IMG/VR virus record: IMGVR_UViG_3300029288_000153
Location: 10,002-74,001 of that record
Reading direction: 5' to 3' (one strand)
From: a virus
Lineage: Duplodnaviria; Caudoviricetes
DNA: 64,000 nucleotides
The translations under genes and the position numbers were made by a program. Positions 45,909 to 55,317 of the stretch are shown here, one piece after another (position 1 is the stretch's first letter; each line of letters opens with the position of its first letter). The notes below the pieces were generated by a model that was given only the letters and a program-made list of their open reading frames with translations, was not told where the DNA came from and did not search any database.

Positions 45909-47060
45909 TTATTCGGGCTGCCGTATACGCAGCCCTACGGGGAAACGAGGGATGCCGCGTGCGCTTAGATTTTGATATTGCACCGTCAACATCTTACCGA
46001 CTACTAGGCTCGGGGTCAAGAGGAATATTTTAAGATCCTCCATGTTACCTTTTAGTTTGACGCTGAACCGGTCCTTTGCGCCGGTCTCGCAGATAAACAC
46101 GGCCTTGTCGGCCATCGTCCCTCTACCCGCTTCCACCCCCACTACTCTGTATTCAGAGTCTTGCATCTCCTTGACTTTCTGCAGATTGTAGCTACGTTTG
46201 TGTTCGTACCCCCCTTGGCTGTTGCGAATCATACATCCTTCGTATCCTTTACTTAAGGATTCCTGGAAAAATTCTAGTAGTTGGTCTTCGTCGTGTACCA
46301 AAAATGTCGGCGCCAGTAAAACCACAGAACCGCTGGCGGGGAGGTGATGTTTCAGATATTCCGACCGCTCGGCGAACGAACACGGCTGTATGACGTCGTA
46401 TATATGATAGTGGATCATCTCCGCGTCGGGTTGGTTGGGGTGATCCTTACGAATCAAAGACGTTATTTTTTCAAAATCGGCGCGGAGCTGATGGTTGTAG
46501 CCCTCGCCATCGAGGAAATGTTCGCCGACGGGGAATAGTCGCTCGCAGGCTCGTTGGATGTGAACTAGCGAGTGGATTGGCTTGCGGGTGCGACTCCACA
46601 GTGTGCACTGTCCGTCTTTAATATGGGCGATAATTCGTAGTCCGTCGTATTTGTATTGCACAAACGCAGGGTAGGTGATCTTAGCTGCGTGGTCGCGGTA
46701 TTTATGGGCTAGCATGGGGTCAGCTCCGCCTTTGATGAGCGCGGAGCGTTCGCCGGCCAAAGCGGCCTCGCGGGTCAATACGTATTTCTTGTTTTTCTGT
46801 TGCTTGGTCCAACGAGCCTCTGCCTCAAAGGCAGCTTGTTGTTGGGGGGTGGTTTCGTTTTTTCTGCCGATATTCTTCCCATCAGCAATGATATCGGTAG
46901 TGCGTTGTGTCGCCCCACCCTCCTGGCCCCAGGAGGTAATGATCGAGGTATCGTCGGTGGCGATATTCCATACGATAATCGCCCCGGTGTCGGAAAGTTT
47001 GTAGAGGGTAGGTAGGTTCATTGTTGATCTGTGTGTCGTTTGAGGGGTTAAATACAGCAA
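45909..47060 (-). CDS. ATP-dependent DNA ligase with N-terminal WGR-like region
   Basis: QYKYDGLR, LDGEG, YHIYD, EGCMIR, YEHKRS..LQKVK, PRFPV. Confidence 0.9.
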   Translation of the reverse strand: MLYLTPQTTHRSTMNLPTLYKLSDTGAIIVWNIATDDTSIITSWGQEGGATQRTTDIIADGKNIGRKNETTPQQQAAFEAEARWTKQQKNKKYVLTREAALAGERSALIKGGADPMLAHKYRDHAAKITYPAFVQYKYDGLRIIAHIKDGQCTLWSRTRKPIHSLVHIQRACERLFPVGEHFLDGEGYNHQLRADFEKITSLIRKDHPNQPDAEMIHYHIYDVIQPCSFAERSEYLKHHLPASGSVVLLAPTFLVHDEDQLLEFFQESLSKGYEGCMIRNSQGGYEHKRSYNLQKVKEMQDSEYRVVGVEAGRGTMADKAVFICETGAKDRFSVKLKGNMEDLKIFLLTPSLVVGKMLTVQYQNLSARGIPRFPVGLRIRQPE

Positions 47061-47069
47061 TTATATCTG

Positions 47070-47582
47070 CTAGGCCTGTTTGGTAAAGAATCGAACTGCC
47101 GCCGCCACCGCATCGGCGGGTAATATCAGCTCGCTCAAGTCAGCGCCGCAATCTTGGCAGGTGGTGTAGTGTACTACGTCTCCGATCTTAAAGTAGTCGC
47201 TATGTGAACAATATTCCGGGTCGTTGTCGATCGACCATTCGGATCCGAGTTGTCGATCAATCGACAACATACCTATTTTTTCGGAGTGTCGGCGGGCGTA
47301 CCCCATCCCCGTCGATTCGCCTCGATCTGTGTAGAAGGCCCGGAATCCTCCGACTTGGTGAAATATCTCAGCGGTACGGAACCCCGCCTCGATGCCGGCG
47401 GTGCGTTGGGTGGGGTCGGTGTCGTCTAGGGCTCCAGGGTAAAATCCGTGCGACGCGTACGGTACTTCGCCGCGCTGCAGGCAGTCCAGGATACAGGCGT
47501 GTAGGTAGGCGATATTACGGCGATAATGGGCGGGGTTCCTCCCTGCGTACGGGCTTTCGACTATCACAGCTCTGTGGTCCAT
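47070..47582 (-). CDS. DUF4406-like (nucleoside deoxyribosyltransferase-fold) protein
   Basis: VIVESPYAG..RGEVPYASH..LDD..QRTAGIEAG; AGGAG RBS before ATG 47582. Confidence 0.65.
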   Translation of the reverse strand: MDHRAVIVESPYAGRNPAHYRRNIAYLHACILDCLQRGEVPYASHGFYPGALDDTDPTQRTAGIEAGFRTAEIFHQVGGFRAFYTDRGESTGMGYARRHSEKIGMLSIDRQLGSEWSIDNDPEYCSHSDYFKIGDVVHYTTCQDCGADLSELILPADAVAAAVRFFTKQA

Positions 47583-47646
47583 AAGGCTCCTTAGGTTTCG
47601 ATACAACGATTACAGGCGACCATACTATTACGTATCGTCGTGTGGT

Positions 47647-47675
47647 AGAATACCATACCCCATCGGAGATGTCAA
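47647..47675 (-). promoter_or_regulatory. sigma70-type promoter TTGACA-17-TATTCT; a second, TTGATA-16-TACAAT, at 47699-47726
   Basis: Hexamers read directly; they drive the 43.8-47.6 kb island. Confidence 0.75.
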
Positions 47676-47750
47676 GTCGTCGATTACTTCACAGCTTGAT
47701 TGTAACACGCTCGGCTAGAATATCAAAGGCCCGCTCTAATCTATCAACAT

Positions 47751-48548
47751 ATGGCGACTACGACCAGCGTGGTGGGGATTTTTCAGGGGGAGATTATTAT
47801 TCGATCGGCCCTCTCGTTGGCTTTGCGGGAGCTGCGCGAGGTCCCTAGTTTGATCGACGATGCGTTGGCCTCTTTGCCTCAGGACGATATCACCGCCGGC
47901 AAGTATGGGTCCAAGACCATCGAGGAGTGCCGGCGGTGGTTCCTGGGTACTCCTATACCCATACGATTCGGACTGTCGCTAAATCAGATTGTATCCCCTT
48001 TGATTGCGATTGAGAGTAGTGGTGGCGATGAGGCGGAATCTACGATCGGTGACGTGGATTATGACGTCAGCGAAGACGATCCTTATTTCGATGAGCACGG
48101 TCGTTCCTTGGCGTCAGTTCACGCCCGGGAGTCGTATCAGGTGGTTATGTTGGTGCAAGGTGAACCCGAGCTTCTCTTGTTTTTGTCTACGTTAGTGCGA
48201 TTCGGTTTTCTACGTCACAAAGAAGATTTATTGGATGCCCGGGGGGTCACTCGGGTAACGTGGAGTATGGGGCCGTTTAGTGCCATGAATGGCATACCAG
48301 GACGGGAAAATTTTTTCACCCAGAATCTCCGAATCAACTGCTATGTGCGTCATAGTTGGCCGGTCCCCACGGCTGAGACAGCTATTATCACCAGTATCCC
48401 CGCTCAAACGCTTAATGCCATGTCGGTGCATACAGACGGCACGGCTACCAGTCGCCCCGTCACTCCGTCAGAACCTCCTGGCGGTGTCACCTTGAATCTA
48501 ACGGACTGGGGAGAACGCGACATATCTTCAGGGCGTATCGTGAGATAG
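47751..48548 (+). CDS. putative neck/tail-completion protein
   Basis: Structural context; TAATCTA at 47737-47743. Confidence 0.5.
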   Translation: MATTTSVVGIFQGEIIIRSALSLALRELREVPSLIDDALASLPQDDITAGKYGSKTIEECRRWFLGTPIPIRFGLSLNQIVSPLIAIESSGGDEAESTIGDVDYDVSEDDPYFDEHGRSLASVHARESYQVVMLVQGEPELLLFLSTLVRFGFLRHKEDLLDARGVTRVTWSMGPFSAMNGIPGRENFFTQNLRINCYVRHSWPVPTAETAIITSIPAQTLNAMSVHTDGTATSRPVTPSEPPGGVTLNLTDWGERDISSGRIVR

Positions 48549-48563
48549 CGCGGTAATCTATTC

Positions 48564-48887
48564 ATGGGAGATCGCATGTTACCTAAGATCACAGACAAGC
48601 AGCTGCAATATAAGAAACGCATCGGAACGTGTCATGGTAATCCGGTAATGGAAATGTGTACCAGCGGTGGTCTCTATATAGTGGCCGTAAGAAAAAACAA
48701 CGCCGTCGAGGTGATGGGAACCGGTCCTCATAGGGCCGTGGCAAGATTTATCGCCAAAAAAAAAGAACCCACCATGCTGATCACTGAGTTGTCGAAGTCA
48801 GATTGGATCGATCGGCCCTCGATTGATAGCGTCCTCGCCAAATATGAGGCTTTGACCGATGCCATCAACGGATCCCTAGTGACGTAA
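48564..48887 (+). CDS. putative virion protein
   Basis: TAATCTA at 48554-48560; contains TELSKSD. Confidence 0.6.
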   Translation: MGDRMLPKITDKQLQYKKRIGTCHGNPVMEMCTSGGLYIVAVRKNNAVEVMGTGPHRAVARFIAKKKEPTMLITELSKSDWIDRPSIDSVLAKYEALTDAINGSLVT

Positions 48888-49723
48888 TGTCAGACAAAAA
48901 ACACACGTTTCATTCTCTGCTATCTTCCGTGTTGCCTGACGAGGCGGTGGGGCTTGATCCCGTTGCTTTTGATGCTCTGGTACGCGGAAAAGGAGTTCCA
49001 TTCCTACATCAACGAGCCATTCCGTGTCCGTCTGGTTTGATAGATGAAGGAGACGTGCATCGGGTACAGGCATGTCACCTAGGGTGTAGTGGGGGGTTTT
49101 TGTTCCGCGATATAGGGCGAGTTACTGTAGTTTTCACTTCGAATACTACAGATCCTCGTCGTTTGGATGAGGGGTTTTTTGATGGCTCTATGGCAATGGT
49201 GACATTTCCTCGATTCTACGATGATCCCAGCGACAAGAGGGTGATGGTGCATCCTTTTGATCGGCTATACCTAACGCAGAGAGATCTGCTGGTAAGTACA
49301 TGGGATAAGACCCATCGTCGTAACGATGGCCTACCCGACAAAGGGAAGTTTCCTTTTCGTATTATCGATCACCTAATCGACTCTCACGGCGCCTGGTGGT
49401 CCCAGGACGTGGATTATGACGTTGTCGGTGGCGCGTTAGTGTGGCGCGAAGGGCGTGGGCCTATTCCGGGTACCGTTTATTCGATTTACTATCAGTATGA
49501 ACCATATTTTATCGTAGATCGACTCCTACATGAAATACGGGTCATCCCCGTCCAGGACTATATCAACACTGACGAGATCCGTATGGAGCGTCTGGCGTTT
49601 GGCGCGGTGTTGACGCGTGAAAACGTGTTTGAATCCCAGCAGCAGGACGATCAGGCGGTGCGCGGGGATCGACGTCGTCAGCCTCGTCCCATAGATACCC
49701 CCGAACCTCAAGACGACTTCTGA
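48887..49723 (+). CDS. putative head-closure/neck protein
   Basis: FDALVRGKG..FLHQRAIPCP..C..C pattern seen in SPO1/Twort-like neck proteins. Confidence 0.6.
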   Translation: MSDKKHTFHSLLSSVLPDEAVGLDPVAFDALVRGKGVPFLHQRAIPCPSGLIDEGDVHRVQACHLGCSGGFLFRDIGRVTVVFTSNTTDPRRLDEGFFDGSMAMVTFPRFYDDPSDKRVMVHPFDRLYLTQRDLLVSTWDKTHRRNDGLPDKGKFPFRIIDHLIDSHGAWWSQDVDYDVVGGALVWREGRGPIPGTVYSIYYQYEPYFIVDRLLHEIRVIPVQDYINTDEIRMERLAFGAVLTRENVFESQQQDDQAVRGDRRRQPRPIDTPEPQDDF

Positions 49724-49757
49724 TTGTAATCTACTTTGAGGTAATATAGGGAACACT

Positions 49758-50660
49758 ATGAACATCGACAATATCGACCACTTCCTTCAATCAGCTTTGG
49801 GCACTGAGGCATTTCGGGCGCTCCACAAGGCTACTGATCGATCCTGCGCCCTGCAATCTGTGGTAGGTACTCGGGCTATATTTGGGTGGCTGTCGCTGTG
49901 TTCCCGTTACGGCTTTGACGGTGCTTTGCCGGGGTTATCGGGGTCCTATTTTTATCTGCGCAAGAACCATGATAGTACCTTTACGGGCCAGATCAATCTA
50001 CATAAGACCCACTATGAATTCGATGCCGTGACTTTACCTCACGTGGCCGCCGGATTGAGTGTGGCTCTAGGGGTTGATCAGGCACCTGATAGTGACCTCA
50101 AGGACTCGGCCCTGGCCGCCTTAGGGCAAAATTTAGATCTACTGCTTAAGGCTCAGGTGATCAAGGATACTAATTTACCAAACAATGACGCTTGCCCCAA
50201 GTGTGGCGGAAATAATATTAAATTGGCGATGATCGGCGAGCCGGTCAACGTATGCCAAGACTGTGACAAGAAATGGGCCGTGGAGGATGAGCTAGATAAA
50301 AATCAAGGGCAAGCTACGGCTCCGGGGGCGCCTGCGAGTTTCAACCCCCCGATCGGTGCCGTAGGAACCGGCAGCAACGAAGGGTTCACTGCCCCTAAGG
50401 GCAGTCAGTCTAAACGCTCAAAAAAGAAAACTGTAGTAGCGAAGCTGTCTTTGGCGGAGAGTACATCTAAGTGTACTGTATGTGGATCTCCCCAGATGAG
50501 AGGAGATAACTTTACGGGGTGTTATTGTTTGCGATCGTTAGCTAAGGGGGCCGAGGTGGTGGGCGTGGACGAGCAGGGGTACTCGGTGAGCTTCGATCCT
50601 GATATCTGGAGTCAAGACGATGTATCGTTAATGCTAGATATTGTCAGAGAGGGGCGATAA
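49758..50660 (+). CDS. putative virion protein with two zinc ribbons
   Basis: CPKC..CQDC, CTVC..CYC; TAATCTA at 49727-49733. Confidence 0.6.
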   Translation: MNIDNIDHFLQSALGTEAFRALHKATDRSCALQSVVGTRAIFGWLSLCSRYGFDGALPGLSGSYFYLRKNHDSTFTGQINLHKTHYEFDAVTLPHVAAGLSVALGVDQAPDSDLKDSALAALGQNLDLLLKAQVIKDTNLPNNDACPKCGGNNIKLAMIGEPVNVCQDCDKKWAVEDELDKNQGQATAPGAPASFNPPIGAVGTGSNEGFTAPKGSQSKRSKKKTVVAKLSLAESTSKCTVCGSPQMRGDNFTGCYCLRSLAKGAEVVGVDEQGYSVSFDPDIWSQDDVSLMLDIVREGR

Positions 50661-51074
50661 ATGACCAAGCAGCCATTAATGTGGTTGGGTCACCCCGTTC
50701 GCGACTCCGAGCATATCAACTCACTGGAGCTTAATGCGGCCATCAATCAATATCACCACGGGATGAGTAGGGCCGATGCGGAAGCTCGGGTGAAGGACGA
50801 GGATCGTCGTGATAGGCATCTTAGGGCGGCAGCCCACCACTTCGAAGGTCTTCGCGCAGCCAATGCGGTTGGGTCCGAAGATGACGCCAAGCGGCATCAT
50901 GAAATGTACTCGATGCACCTACGAGTTTTAGGTCTAGAACCAAACGGACCGGTGCCCATTGAGATACAGCGCTATCGAGACGCCGAGACGCATCGCCGCG
51001 CCTATGCGTATAAAGGGCACTCCGACGATCAATTGCTGGCGGATGGCGCCAAAAAGAATGTTGGAGACAGGTAA
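50661..51074 (+). CDS. hypothetical His-rich helical protein
   Basis: 137 aa, operonic. Confidence 0.6.
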   Translation: MTKQPLMWLGHPVRDSEHINSLELNAAINQYHHGMSRADAEARVKDEDRRDRHLRAAAHHFEGLRAANAVGSEDDAKRHHEMYSMHLRVLGLEPNGPVPIEIQRYRDAETHRRAYAYKGHSDDQLLADGAKKNVGDR

Positions 51075-52552
51075 TGCCACAATTAACTATCAGTGCTGTT
51101 TCGAATATCTCAACGGAGATCGAGCGTCAATTACAGCACGATCACCCCGAAGAGGCAGCGCGGACCAGCCAAGGTATTTCGGCTGCCAATATGGTGGTGG
51201 AGAGTTGGGCGCTGCAGAGTCACGGTAAAATTATCTCGCAAGATGGAGCTAGTTTTACGATCGAAATCCCCGCCGCCTATCTCGAAGAGTTGGCGGAAAT
51301 CATAGAGCGCATTGAGGGTGTTAGTGGTAGTGAATATGCGGTAGGGGTAGGAGCGGATGCCGGCGAGGCTATTGTGGCTCGACGGGTCGCCGAGCAGCGC
51401 GGGGGGTCTCGAAATATCGTGCTATATACGCCAGATATTCACAGCGAAATCGAGGACGACATAAAGGATTCCGAGTCCGACATATTCGATGGTGAAATGA
51501 ATAAGGCGGAGGAGCAGAGACGCCCCGGCGAGGCCACCCAGGTGGTTAGGGGCGAGGTATCGCCGCTACACACGCAACCCTCCCCTCCGCCTAGTCCGTC
51601 GATCAGCGCCGACCCCCACGCCCCTCCGTCAGGTGATCGGCAGTCAGCTCCGGAACCGTCTGAACAGGATCTGGTTGGGGCCATTGGGCAAGTATTAAGT
51701 CAATTCAAACAACAGGTTCCGTTTTTTGAGCAGCAAGTCAAGTCAGCGAATCGACCAGCCTACGATGCTGTGATGGGGTTGGTCCAAGGGTTGATTGCTC
51801 TAGCTCAACAGTTAGTAGGTAATCCAGCAACGAACGAGGATGTAGGTGAGGCGGTACAAAAAGCTGAGGACGATATGCGTAGGTCTACTGGACGGCGTAA
51901 TCATCGATGTAGTCGGTGTGGCAACTTGGTGTCTGTGTTGAAGGACGGTCGAGTGGAAGCACATCTACACAGGCAGCTACGATCTAGCACCTTGTCGCCG
52001 TGTGACGGCGAAGCGGCGCTGCCCGTTAAAAAATCTGAGACCTCTAAGGTGGAGATCGATCCATCGAAGCCGCTGCCTGATTCCGATGCATTACGTAAGC
52101 TATTCGATTGGGCCCGGGATAGTATTATGCAACGCGGTGAGGAGGATTGGGGGGCCGATTTGTTCCGGGAGTTCCCTACAGGATTCGAGCACGAGCGTAG
52201 TGAACATCCTCATTTAGACGACCACGACACGGCGCTTACTACCATCCAACACCTCAAAGAGGATCCTAATTACTACACCAAGATTCAACACATGGAGGAG
52301 TCGGGGGTGTTGGGAAAAGAAGAGGTTGGGCGACATAGAGTGGTGCTACCTGTCGGTAGTCGCGGCGTGGGGGCCAAGGGGAATAGTATTAAGGTTCTTG
52401 AGCCAACTACAGGAAAAACCGCTTGGCACCAGATGGGTGCTGGCTGCAAACTGAGCGCCGACGGCCACCCTATTAGCACCAAAGTGACGGAGTGTGGTAG
52501 CGCCGACACGCCTGAACACCGAGCTGCTGCGGCTGGGTTAGTTGGTAGGTAG
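51074..52552 (+). CDS. modular protein: degenerate GGDEF/palm-like N-terminus, zinc ribbon, DUF5661-like domain
   Basis: SQGI..WA..HGKIISQDG..IP..AVGVG..EA..A..Y; CSRC; FEHERSEH..TIQHLKEDPNYYTKI. Confidence 0.55.
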   Translation: MPQLTISAVSNISTEIERQLQHDHPEEAARTSQGISAANMVVESWALQSHGKIISQDGASFTIEIPAAYLEELAEIIERIEGVSGSEYAVGVGADAGEAIVARRVAEQRGGSRNIVLYTPDIHSEIEDDIKDSESDIFDGEMNKAEEQRRPGEATQVVRGEVSPLHTQPSPPPSPSISADPHAPPSGDRQSAPEPSEQDLVGAIGQVLSQFKQQVPFFEQQVKSANRPAYDAVMGLVQGLIALAQQLVGNPATNEDVGEAVQKAEDDMRRSTGRRNHRCSRCGNLVSVLKDGRVEAHLHRQLRSSTLSPCDGEAALPVKKSETSKVEIDPSKPLPDSDALRKLFDWARDSIMQRGEEDWGADLFREFPTGFEHERSEHPHLDDHDTALTTIQHLKEDPNYYTKIQHMEESGVLGKEEVGRHRVVLPVGSRGVGAKGNSIKVLEPTTGKTAWHQMGAGCKLSADGHPISTKVTECGSADTPEHRAAAAGLVGR

Positions 52553-52756
52553 TTGAGGGTCGGATAATTCTAGATCGTATCTGATCGACGGAGTTGGTAG
52601 GTTTCGCTTCACCTCGCCCTGATTATCGAACCATCCCTGTGCGTCTACCCAGGTGACTCCGTCGTCTCCTTGGTGTGCATCTGGATGCCGATCGGGTTTG
52701 AGGCAGGTCTGCAGGTATATGCCGTCGTTGAAACGATTATAGCAGCGCTTGGTCAT
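52538..52756 (-). CDS. small hypothetical protein
   Basis: 72 aa downstream of the RNA ligase on the same strand. Confidence 0.45.
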   Translation of the reverse strand: MTKRCYNRFNDGIYLQTCLKPDRHPDAHQGDDGVTWVDAQGWFDNQGEVKRNLPTPSIRYDLELSDPQLPTN

Positions 52757-52856
52757 TTTTGTCGCCCCAATATTCGACTAAGGCTAGTGTGCCGATCGAT
52801 GACAGGTCCATATTAGATCTCGTAAGTTATGAGACAAGGCAGAGAAAAATCCGTTA

Positions 52857-53972
52857 TCAATGCAACTCCTTGGTGGCGCCTTTGCGGAGCTTGTATGCCT
52901 GGGAGACGTATTTCAGCACCACCCTCCCGAACCCCGTTGAGTAGCGGGTCGTCGCTGGCTTGACCACCACTCCTTCTCGGATTTGTTGTGAGGCCAGCTG
53001 GCTCTGCCCTTCCACTAATGACCGTAACATGTCTGCATCAAAAGGGCCATCGTTTAATACCGGCACGGTATCGAGTCCAAGCTGTTGGCAAATTTGGACT
53101 ACGTTATCCCATCCTAGCCAGGTGCCGGTATCCATGTCGTAGATGTCGAATACGCGAAACCACACCTGACCAGGAGATGCCTGGTAGGTAAGGTCTTGTA
53201 CGTTTCCGAAGATTTCGCCGTAAATGGCCAGCCCTTTGGCGATCGCAGCACGTAATCGATCTTGTAGGGCGTATTGACGAGCTATCAACCAGTATAGGTT
53301 TTCTTTGCGTACTGGAGTGGCCACCGGTCGCCGGGTTAGCGTACGCCACATAGAAAATAGCCGCCAGCGCCATGATGGCGGGGCCAGGGGGTCGCGCCAG
53401 AAACAATTATGCGATCCGACGTAGAATTTCTTGTCGACGTACGCAAAGCGCGCCTGAGTTCCATGTAGCTTTTCGGTGACGATCACGCGCTCTAGCGGTA
53501 TCATTAGTTCTGGGTGTGTATTATATGGCTCGATGTCATAGCGCGGGATGCATGTGGGGGTTTTTTCTTGTTGGGATGTCCCTTTAAGGGATCTATTCTT
53601 GGTTTTGGTGCCACCCCATCCTTCCGGCACTTCGTCTTCGTATTTGACGATGCCTAGGATTTTAGATACGTCTTTCTGTGGGTATGTTTGGTGAAGGGGC
53701 AGGATGGAGATGGGGAGTAGAAGCCCTTCGGAATACACGCCTCGTAGCCGACGAGCCTTGATTCGTCGGTGGTCGCCGAGGAATTCGGTGCCCGGCACCG
53801 AGGCGGGCACCACTGACTCCACGGGCACATAGATGGCTAGATCCCCGGACCGAAAATCTCCGGTGCGAATAACTACATTCTCGCCGTACACCGTCACTAC
53901 GCTGAGGTTGTCGGCGTTGGGGTGTGGTAACACTTCCCCGACAGAGATAATTGGGCAGGCGAATTTACTCAT
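52857..53972 (-). CDS. ATP-dependent RNA ligase (DRB0094/Rnl2-like) with N-terminal OB-like domain
   Basis: PHPNADNL..GDLAIYVP; VTEKLHGT; YGEIFG; FDI; REGVVVKP; LKYVS..Y. Confidence 0.88.
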   Translation of the reverse strand: MSKFACPIISVGEVLPHPNADNLSVVTVYGENVVIRTGDFRSGDLAIYVPVESVVPASVPGTEFLGDHRRIKARRLRGVYSEGLLLPISILPLHQTYPQKDVSKILGIVKYEDEVPEGWGGTKTKNRSLKGTSQQEKTPTCIPRYDIEPYNTHPELMIPLERVIVTEKLHGTQARFAYVDKKFYVGSHNCFWRDPLAPPSWRWRLFSMWRTLTRRPVATPVRKENLYWLIARQYALQDRLRAAIAKGLAIYGEIFGNVQDLTYQASPGQVWFRVFDIYDMDTGTWLGWDNVVQICQQLGLDTVPVLNDGPFDADMLRSLVEGQSQLASQQIREGVVVKPATTRYSTGFGRVVLKYVSQAYKLRKGATKELH

Positions 53973-54041
53973 TGGTTTCCTTGTATCTCAATTGATTAGA
54001 TCATGAGCGAATATGATACTCTGACTATAACACATGTTCTG

Positions 54042-54440
54042 CTACACGCGGGGGGCGGGGGCGGTTGGTGGACCCGTTTTGTGGACCCGTACATAGATCC
54101 ACCTAATCTTGGCTCCTGGGGGGAGCGATATCGCACCTTCGGGTAGTCGCGGTCCATTGTACTGCGCGACTAAGATCTCGTCACCTGCTAGCAGCGACGT
54201 GGTCACCCTACGCACCTCGATAGGCTGATCGAGCATGGTGGTCAGGAGCTGCGCCGTGTCTGCGTGGCCTACACATGATGTGAACCCACCGTCGATCGAC
54301 CAATTATGAAGCATCAAGCAAGCGTCTGTGATGCTGCCCACCTGTCGGCACTCTAGCCACCGAGTAACTCCGCATGTCGATAGGTCGTCCAGCATCCCCA
54401 GGCTGATGGCGTTTGCGATATACCGCATTTTATTCTCCAT
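54042..54440 (-). CDS. acrIII-1: AcrIII-1 family (DUF1874) anti-CRISPR ring nuclease
   Basis: YIANAISLGML..SCVGHADTAQLL..RRV..L..GD.ILVAQ..PRLPEG, matching SIRV1 gp29 YLANAFSINML..SIGHDST..NRV..LYVVQ..RLEEG; the catalytic GH is retained. Confidence 0.88.
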   Translation of the reverse strand: MENKMRYIANAISLGMLDDLSTCGVTRWLECRQVGSITDACLMLHNWSIDGGFTSCVGHADTAQLLTTMLDQPIEVRRVTTSLLAGDEILVAQYNGPRLPEGAISLPPGAKIRWIYVRVHKTGPPTAPAPRV

Positions 54441-54461
54441 TTCGTTTGAGTCAGTTTATCC

Positions 54462-54519
54462 GGCCCACGGGAATCTCCGATCTGTCAGCGACTCCTGTAG
54501 GCGCCCAAAGGTGAGGGCG
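54462..54519 (-). repeat. structured intergenic element, copy F (P4 degenerate)
   Basis: Core CGCCTACAGGA at 54493-54503. Confidence 0.85.
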
Positions 54520-54527
54520 ATCACGCT

Positions 54528-54944
54528 CTACTGCGCAATGGTCCAGGTCTTGTCACCTACGACGATGTTGTGGACCGACCATATAACATCGCCAGCTCTA
54601 GAAAATCCGTCTGATCCATGGACGATCCATCGGCCCGGACCTACCCTATACCCCTTGGGCTCCCTCTCTCCCCACGTCGCGGTATTGCCGCTCCCGCGTC
54701 GCGCCCATCCCTTTCCCCGACTAAGTAATTCGTACCGGTGGTGCGGCAGTACGATTGTAGATCCGCGACTCAGTCTCGGGGCACCCGCAAGACGAGCAAA
54801 TATCTCGTCACTTACGATCGGGTGTGCGATCGTAAGTGACTCCGTCCGTGCCGTGCTGATGTCGTGGATCCCGAGTCGGGCGATTCTGCCCTCTACGGTC
54901 TCGGTTTCGGTCGTCATGATTTCATCTCCCTGTGTCGTCGTCAT
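54528..54944 (-). CDS. hypothetical protein (array cassette)
   Basis: Leaderless ATG 54944 or RBS-led ATG 54917. Confidence 0.7.
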   Translation of the reverse strand: MTTTQGDEIMTTETETVEGRIARLGIHDISTARTESLTIAHPIVSDEIFARLAGAPRLSRGSTIVLPHHRYELLSRGKGWARRGSGNTATWGEREPKGYRVGPGRWIVHGSDGFSRAGDVIWSVHNIVVGDKTWTIAQ

Positions 54945-54950
54945 ATATAA

Positions 54951-54979
54951 AGTCTACCATATATAAACCACAGTGTCAA
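54951..54979 (-). promoter_or_regulatory. sigma70 promoter TTGACA-17-TAGACT with extended -10
   Basis: Hexamers read directly. Confidence 0.85.
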
Positions 54980-54997
54980 GTGGCTTTAAAGATTAAT

Positions 54998-55045
54998 GTC
55001 TTACCGACGCCATTGGTAGATCCTGTAGGCGCCCACTCAACGGGT
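54998..55045 (-). repeat. structured intergenic element, copy E (3-prime truncated)
   Basis: Core at 55021-55031. Confidence 0.75.
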
Positions 55046-55317
55046 GGAGTTACGGGGGGCAACTAGTTCGTCCCACGACCGGAGCACGGTCTCGGGTACG
55101 ATCGCTGATCCCATCTGGGAATCGACCCACTCCCCGTCCGAGCCCCCCCGTGACAGCGCGCGGCTTCGAGGCGCGCTACCCGAGTCTGCTCCTTGCGCGC
55201 CAAATGCTCTAGTGCCCGACTGCGCGCCCAATCTCGCACGTCCGCCACCGGGATGGTGTCCGTCGGATCACTGCCGAGCAGTCCTTCCGCCAGTAAATGT
55301 GCCTCATGGTCATTGCT
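55037..55317 (-). pseudogene. possible degraded or frameshifted small gene (G7 tract at 55143-55149)
   Basis: No clean start. Two partial frames (55063-55317 and 55037-55231) are each protein-like on one side of the tract. Confidence 0.3.
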
